Part shown: one piece after another, positions 58,877 through 64,000 of the stretch
How the letters are laid out: each line of letters starts with the position of its first letter
How positions within the stretch are numbered: the first letter of the stretch is position 1
Origin: Spirochaetia bacterium
Lineage (GTDB): Bacteria; Spirochaetota; Spirochaetia; CAKZLE01
Assembly (NCBI GenBank): GCA_963677595.1
Contig: OY782041.1
Location: 1,312,001-1,376,000 of the forward strand
Length of the DNA: 64,000 bases
Direction: 5' to 3'
Program-made: the position numbers and the translations under genes
Notes under the pieces: model-generated
The model's input: only the letters and a program-made list of their open reading frames with translations
What the model was told of the DNA's origin: nothing
The model's database searches: none

Positions 58877-59149
58877 ATGAGATTCGTAACGGTTCGTGAG
58901 CTGAAATCACCAAAGGTATGGGAGGAGCTCCAATCGGGACAGGAACTGGTCCTGACGCGTAACGGCAAACCGATTGCCCTCATCACTCCAGTACATGCGA
59001 GCAATCTCAAAGAGACACTCTCAGCGGTACGAAGAGTAAGGGCTCAATCTGCGGTCTAGCAGCTGCAGGCAGGTTCGAGGATCCATGGACTTTCCCAGAT
59101 GTCTATTGATGAGATAGAGGCAGAGATTGCTGATGCCAGGAAAAATTAG
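58877..59149 (+). pseudogene. Phd/YefM-type antitoxin with internal TAG
   Basis: MRFVTVRELK...LTRNGKPIA; in-frame TAG at 59057-59059, after which the frame continues QLQAGSRIHGLSQMSIDEIEAEIADARKN to TAG at 59149. Confidence 0.75.
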
Positions 59150-59174
59150 CCAGCCGACTCGGCCATTCCTGACC

Positions 59175-59738
59175 TTATGAGAACAAGGTTCTTATTCCTT
59201 TTACCAATGTATTGGAACTCCTGGAAGTGTTTTCCCCTCCAAGGCGCAGGTGTTGAGATATCCTCCTAGAGCCATCAAGTTTCTGATACGTATGTGCGGT
59301 TACCTTTTGAAGTTCCTGGACAGGGTTAGCCAATCGGTCGGGATCCCGGAATTTCTTCGATTGCTGCTTTCTTGCCAGATTTCGCATACCCATACCTGAC
59401 TCTACGGCCTCAAGATCCCCAAGATAGAAACTTTCCAATTCATGACAGGCAATCCGGACAATTACCGTCTCCTTTGTTCTGCCGCTTCTCATGACCATCT
59501 GCTGAAGATTGGATTTTATGTCTCTGCAGTCTCCGGAGTCCTGATCCCGCATGATCAGGAAATAGCTGTCTGGGACTCTCCACCCCCGTAGACGTCTCTC
59601 CAGGTGTTTATCAAGGTCCTGTTTCCCCTCGAACACCTGATATCTGCAATCCACATCTTCAGGGAGGATCTGGGGAAGGATGGTTCGAAGCATGATTTTA
59701 GCAGACGGTTCCTCAAGCATACAAACAAGCGTTCTCAT
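59175..59738 (-). CDS. DUF4276 family protein
   Basis: MLEEPS, FEGKQDL, RDQD, ELESFYLGD; overlaps the ATPase stop. Confidence 0.82.
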   Translation of the reverse strand: MRTLVCMLEEPSAKIMLRTILPQILPEDVDCRYQVFEGKQDLDKHLERRLRGWRVPDSYFLIMRDQDSGDCRDIKSNLQQMVMRSGRTKETVIVRIACHELESFYLGDLEAVESGMGMRNLARKQQSKKFRDPDRLANPVQELQKVTAHTYQKLDGSRRISQHLRLGGENTSRSSNTLVKGIRTLFS

Positions 59739-60925
59739 TCGGGGTCAGCCCCGCCAAACATACCATGCTTCCACAGGTACCCCATCTGGTCCCCATCTTC
59801 CATATAGGCTCGTATCTGAGGGTCATCGGCAGCACGCTGGACGTGAGAATAACCATTCTTCTTCGCCAACCAGAATACCTCAGACAAGTTCGCAGCATTC
59901 AGGAAATCCGGCGAATGGGTCGATATGAACACCTGCCCTCCGCGATCAGCATAGCTCCTGAACTCTTCGGCCAGTTCCCAGAGAAGCCTTGGGTAGAGCT
60001 GGTTTTCAGGTTCCTCTACACATAATAATGGATGCGGGGCAGGATCATACAGAAGAATCAGATATGCGAACATCTTCAATGTACCATCCGATACCCAACG
60101 GTCAATGAAAGGATCCTTGAAAGCCCCATCTGAGAATTTCAATAGCAGCCGTCCATCCGATGTCAATTCAGGGAGAATATCACCTACGCCGGGAACCCGG
60201 TGCTTCATAGCGGTTATAACACGTTGAAAGACCTCAGGTTCATTCTCATACATCCCGCGTGCGACCAGTTGAAGGTTATCGCCATGTACCGTAAGATGTT
60301 CAGCATACCCTGCTGCATCCTTACTCCCTCGTGCAAGATTGATATGAAAATCAGATATATGCCAATTCTCAATGAGTTGGCGGAATGCATTCGCTGCCTT
60401 GAACCGCTGAAACTGCCCCAACCCTTTGATCGCAATCATTCCGGGAGAGTCAAGTGTCTGGAATTCCCGGTCGAGATCTTCATTCTGTTTGTCAAAATCT
60501 TCTTCATTGGTAATAGCATACCCATACCCATTCCTGAAATCCAGGAAATGATAGGGAGACCCATAAGAACCCCGTTTATATCGCAGGATCTCTCTTCTGA
60601 CAACAGGCTTTGCGTTCTCCTCTTCTATCTCAAGGATATACGTCACAAGCCTGTTCTTCCCCGTGATCTTCATCCTGAACTTGATCTCGATATAGATGGA
60701 TTCCCCCACTGCACCTCTGGAGACAACTTCTTTGAATCCGCCTCGGCTCTGGAGGGCTCTATTGACATCGTACGTCAAACAATCCTTGAGAAACCCAAAA
60801 ACATCAAAGAACGTGGTTTTCCCGGAACCATTTGCACCTACCAAAACACATAATGCAGGGAGGTCTTTCATTTCCAGTTCTTTGAATACTTTAAAATTCC
60901 GTAAGGTTATTGATTCGATTCGCAT
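59735..60925 (-). CDS. ABC-type (AAA_21-like) ATPase
   Basis: NFK, GANGSGKT, SDGT, CVEEPEN, STHS; start set at MRIESI. Confidence 0.88.
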   Translation of the reverse strand: MRIESITLRNFKVFKELEMKDLPALCVLVGANGSGKTTFFDVFGFLKDCLTYDVNRALQSRGGFKEVVSRGAVGESIYIEIKFRMKITGKNRLVTYILEIEEENAKPVVRREILRYKRGSYGSPYHFLDFRNGYGYAITNEEDFDKQNEDLDREFQTLDSPGMIAIKGLGQFQRFKAANAFRQLIENWHISDFHINLARGSKDAAGYAEHLTVHGDNLQLVARGMYENEPEVFQRVITAMKHRVPGVGDILPELTSDGRLLLKFSDGAFKDPFIDRWVSDGTLKMFAYLILLYDPAPHPLLCVEEPENQLYPRLLWELAEEFRSYADRGGQVFISTHSPDFLNAANLSEVFWLAKKNGYSHVQRAADDPQIRAYMEDGDQMGYLWKHGMFGGADPE

Positions 60926-61093
60926 ATCATGTCTCCATCTATACAGATATATCATACCGTTTTTTCAGAAAATGTACATGTGATTCCCTAGAAATCCATA
61001 ATCTATATGATATTACCTCATGTGGACACACCGCTGGTCGGGATACATCACTGCCCTATTGATTCTGTTATGGTATTGCCGTAGGATAACCAT

Positions 61094-62062
61094 ATGACCG
61101 AGTACCGGCTCTCTCCCTATATGAAGAGGATCCTCAAGCTCCAGAACACACTTCAGCCGAAGCGTGTCTGCGACATGACGAGGGAGGAGATCGACAAGCT
61201 CAGTTCCGCCCATATCCCGAACAACAGGCTCACCAGGAGGCTGCTGGGGAAACCGGCTGAGAACATCCTGAAGAAGACCCTGCAGATCCCCGTAGGGGAT
61301 GAATACATCAGGGGATACCTCTTTACCAGGATGGAGCACCCGAACCAGAAGCCTGAGACGGTCAGGTTCGACCGTCCCCTGATCATCTACTTCCACGGCG
61401 GTGGATGGGTCATCGGTCACAACGTCCTCAACGACTTCTTCTGCCAGCGGATCGCGAGCATCACCGACTCGGTCGTACTCTCGATCGATTACCGGCTTGC
61501 TCCTGAACACAAATTCCCCACACCCGTCAGGGATGCAGAAGCGGCTCTCAGCTGGGCAGTAGACCATGCACAAGCCTGGGGTGCCTCACCTTCGCGGGTC
61601 TTCACCATGGGCAGCAGCGCTGGCGGGAACCTTGCTGCCGTCCTCGGACTTAGGAGGAATAACGGCCTGTCCGGCCAGATCCTCATCTACCCGGTGACCG
61701 ACGGCAGGATGAACACCCCGTCCTACGAACGGCATGCCCATGCCCCTGAGCTGGACCGTGAACTCATGGAGTTCTTCATTGGGAGCTACAAGAGAAACGA
61801 TGATGATATCCTGGACCCGGACTTCTCCCCGATGCTGGCGGAGGATGTAGCCATGGCTCCCCCGACCCTGCTGGTCTCAGCGGAGTATGACCCGCTCCAT
61901 GACGAGGGGGTCTTCTACGGTAGGAAACTGGAGGAGGCCGGCGTACCGGTCACCTACCTTGAGTGCAGCAGGATGATACACGGGTTCATCAACTTCCCCG
62001 GTGCAGCCGGTACGGCTGAGACGGAAGCGGCACTCTCCGATTTCATCATGAGCTCCGTATAA
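61094..62062 (+). CDS. HSL-family alpha/beta hydrolase
   Basis: HGGGW, YRLAPEH, GSSAGG, YDPLHD, HGF. Confidence 0.92.
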   Translation: MTEYRLSPYMKRILKLQNTLQPKRVCDMTREEIDKLSSAHIPNNRLTRRLLGKPAENILKKTLQIPVGDEYIRGYLFTRMEHPNQKPETVRFDRPLIIYFHGGGWVIGHNVLNDFFCQRIASITDSVVLSIDYRLAPEHKFPTPVRDAEAALSWAVDHAQAWGASPSRVFTMGSSAGGNLAAVLGLRRNNGLSGQILIYPVTDGRMNTPSYERHAHAPELDRELMEFFIGSYKRNDDDILDPDFSPMLAEDVAMAPPTLLVSAEYDPLHDEGVFYGRKLEEAGVPVTYLECSRMIHGFINFPGAAGTAETEAALSDFIMSSV

Positions 62063-62068
62063 TTTTGG

Positions 62069-62347
62069 CTATTTCCTTCTTCTCGGCTTGAAGATCGGGT
62101 GGAAGTACTTCTCCATATCGATCCTGTTGGAGATGAGCCTGATCACCAGGGTATAGATCCCGAAGGAAGCCGCGATCGATGCCAGGAAGGCGAAGAGCAG
62201 GATGAACTGCCCGGCAGTGGCTGATGTATCCTCAGGGAGCAGTGCCCCGAGGATCGCGAGCAGCAGGATGAATACCCCGATCATCAGGATGATGTTCAGG
62301 ACGGAAGCCCCCAGTATAAAGAGTGCGGTATTAACTTTCTTGTTCAT
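62069..62347 (-). CDS. Small two-TM membrane protein downstream of lspA
   Basis: 92-aa hydrophobic ORF overlapping the lspA end; ends YFHPIFKPRRRK. Confidence 0.75.
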   Translation of the reverse strand: MNKKVNTALFILGASVLNIILMIGVFILLLAILGALLPEDTSATAGQFILLFAFLASIAASFGIYTLVIRLISNRIDMEKYFHPIFKPRRRK

Positions 62348-62870
62348 GTTCTCTCCTCATCATGATGATCAATGAGAGTATCAGGAGGATCCCCCCTACC
62401 ACGATACCCGAATCGGCCACATTGAAAGTCGGCCAGCGTTCCAGCCCGAAGATGCCGTAGAACTTGACGTCGATGAAATCGACGACCCCGTTCGGGCGGA
62501 AGATCCTGTCGATCAGGTTCCCGATCCCGCCGCCGATGATCGACGCGATCGCCCACCGCTGGAAGAGCGTGAAATCCTTAGACTTCAGGATATAGAAGAT
62601 CATGCCGGCGATGATGATCACCGGGATCACGATGAACAGCACCATCCTCACCTGGTCGGGAAGTGAATGGCCGAGGCTGAAAGCCACGGCCTTGTTCTGC
62701 ACATGAATGATCCGCAGGAACTCTCCCTCCCCTGACGAGAAGCCGATCCCGTACATCGGGATCTTTGCCACGATCAGGTTCTTGGTGATCTGGTCGGCGA
62801 TGACGATGAACAGCGTCAGGATGAAGGGGATGAGCTTCGTTCGCAAGGGGTATCGGTATTCTGTCATCAC
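62331..62870 (-). CDS. lspA: Lipoprotein signal peptidase II
   Basis: DQITK, GGIGNLIDR, VVDFI, FNVAD. Confidence 0.95.
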   Translation of the reverse strand: MMTEYRYPLRTKLIPFILTLFIVIADQITKNLIVAKIPMYGIGFSSGEGEFLRIIHVQNKAVAFSLGHSLPDQVRMVLFIVIPVIIIAGMIFYILKSKDFTLFQRWAIASIIGGGIGNLIDRIFRPNGVVDFIDVKFYGIFGLERWPTFNVADSGIVVGGILLILSLIIMMRREHEQES

Positions 62871-63625
62871 AGCCCTGTCGGGATGTCGACGAAGACTGTC
62901 TCAATCCCGAGCTCCTTGTTCATGTAGGATGCCAGCGCCTTCGGTCCGAACACCTCGGTGTCATAATGGCCGCCGGCGAGGAAGTTGATCCTGCTCTCCT
63001 GGCACTGGTGGTATACCTGGTGCAGCGCCTCCCCCGTGATGAAGAGATCGATCGATTTCTCGATCGCCTCCTCCACGCTGGAGGATGCCCCGCCTGATAC
63101 GATCGCCACGGAGGAGATCGAGGAAGCATCCCCGAAGGGGAGCATCGTCGAGTCGACCGACAGGCCGAGCTTGTCCCGTACCGCCTCAAGGCTCATGGTT
63201 TCAGGAAGCCGTCCCATATAACCGATGTTAGCCCCATGGTAGGCGCCGAAGGGCTCGATATCGAGGAGCCCGAGCTTCTTGGCCATGGCTGCATTGTTCC
63301 CGAACACCGGATGGGCATCGAGGGGGAGGTGTGCCGCATAGAGCGCGATGTTGGTACTCACGGCGAACGCCACGCGTTGGTAGTGGGTGTCAGTGATCGC
63401 TATCGGCTTCCCCCAGAAGAGGCCGTGATGCACGAAGAGCATGTCGGCACCGAGGGCTTCCGCCCTCCTCAGGGCTTCATAACAGGCATCCACGGCGAAC
63501 GCGACCCTCTTGACTGTTGGAAGGTCCGCCTCGATCTGCAGGCCGTTCAGGGAGATGTCGGACTTCAGGAACGAGACGATATCGAGCTCGGTATCGAGCC
63601 ACTTGGTTACTTCTTTCAAGTTCAT
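62867..63625 (-). CDS. Nif3-like dinuclear metal center protein
   Basis: NGLQ, VHHGLFW, HLPLD, GHYDTE. Confidence 0.92.
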   Translation of the reverse strand: MNLKEVTKWLDTELDIVSFLKSDISLNGLQIEADLPTVKRVAFAVDACYEALRRAEALGADMLFVHHGLFWGKPIAITDTHYQRVAFAVSTNIALYAAHLPLDAHPVFGNNAAMAKKLGLLDIEPFGAYHGANIGYMGRLPETMSLEAVRDKLGLSVDSTMLPFGDASSISSVAIVSGGASSSVEEAIEKSIDLFITGEALHQVYHQCQESRINFLAGGHYDTEVFGPKALASYMNKELGIETVFVDIPTGL

Positions 63626-63836
63626 GCTAGCATTATCTGCTACTCACCTGGTTTTTGCAAGTAGGAGGGATGATGAAGAGTATCCTTGATCGGCAGTCCT
63701 TGGCATGGTGCAGAAGAGATAAGGATGATTGGATATAATTCGATCATACTGGAATTTAATCCATCTATTTCTATATTTTACGATTATATTAGTATTTTTT
63801 GTATAAATTAAGAAATCTTTCGATTATACTAGAATC

Positions 63837-64000
63837 ATGAAAGATCGTAAATCATATATAGACCATGTCAGCCTGTATAAGAACACTCCGGAATTGATCA
63901 AGGTGATCACTGGTGTAAGGAGGTCAGGGAAATCGACCATCATGAGACTCTATCGTGAGCATCTGCTCTCCCTGGGAATCCCTGCTTCATCGATCATCTC
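63837..64000 (+). CDS. AAA_14 ATP-binding protein, 5' part only
   Basis: Manual translation MKDRKSYIDHVSLYKNTPELIKVITGVRRSGKSTIM; runs off the window. Confidence 0.8.
   Translation, partial: MKDRKSYIDHVSLYKNTPELIKVITGVRRSGKSTIMRLYREHLLSLGIPASSII

Noticed and set aside
59057-59059. Pyrrolysine or amber readthrough
   Set aside because: No pyl genes in the window and TAG is used as a normal stop elsewhere; a nonsense mutation is simpler.
1-64000. CRISPR arrays, tRNA and rRNA genes
   Set aside because: No regularly spaced repeats or recognisable structural RNA sequences were seen by eye; tRNAscan or Infernal would be needed to exclude them fully.

Overview
A roughly 57% GC bacterial chromosomal window from an anaerobe. 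Gene content and order suggest Spirochaetota, but that is inference only. Most of it is metabolic or housekeeping: a CoA-activase, feoB-dtxR, oadGAB, a xanthine permease and dehydrogenase, GTP-type PEPCK, a complete speA-CASDH-nspC-speB polyamine operon, AmmeMemoRadiSam, asd, lspA and Nif3. The best candidate new system is a minus-strand operon at about 7.9-12.4 kb: Cys-rich MarR, ArsM-like methyltransferase, an unannotated 31-aa Cys peptide (11191-11286, missed by the ORF track), a radical SAM/SPASM enzyme, a Trx-TrxR fusion and DUF1847. This looks like a putative RiPP or metalloid/thiol-modification cluster with its own promoter, operator and intergenic palindrome. Other observations: a two-ORF ISAs1 element with exact inverted repeats and target duplication inserted just before the speB stop codon, a candidate orphan sRNA near 34.2 kb, shared twin palindromes upstream of two AAA_14/DUF4143 paralogues, a yefM-yoeB module, a nonsense-broken antitoxin and an ATPase/DUF4276 pair. 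No rRNA, tRNA or CRISPR array was recognised. All product names come from motif recognition, not database searches.
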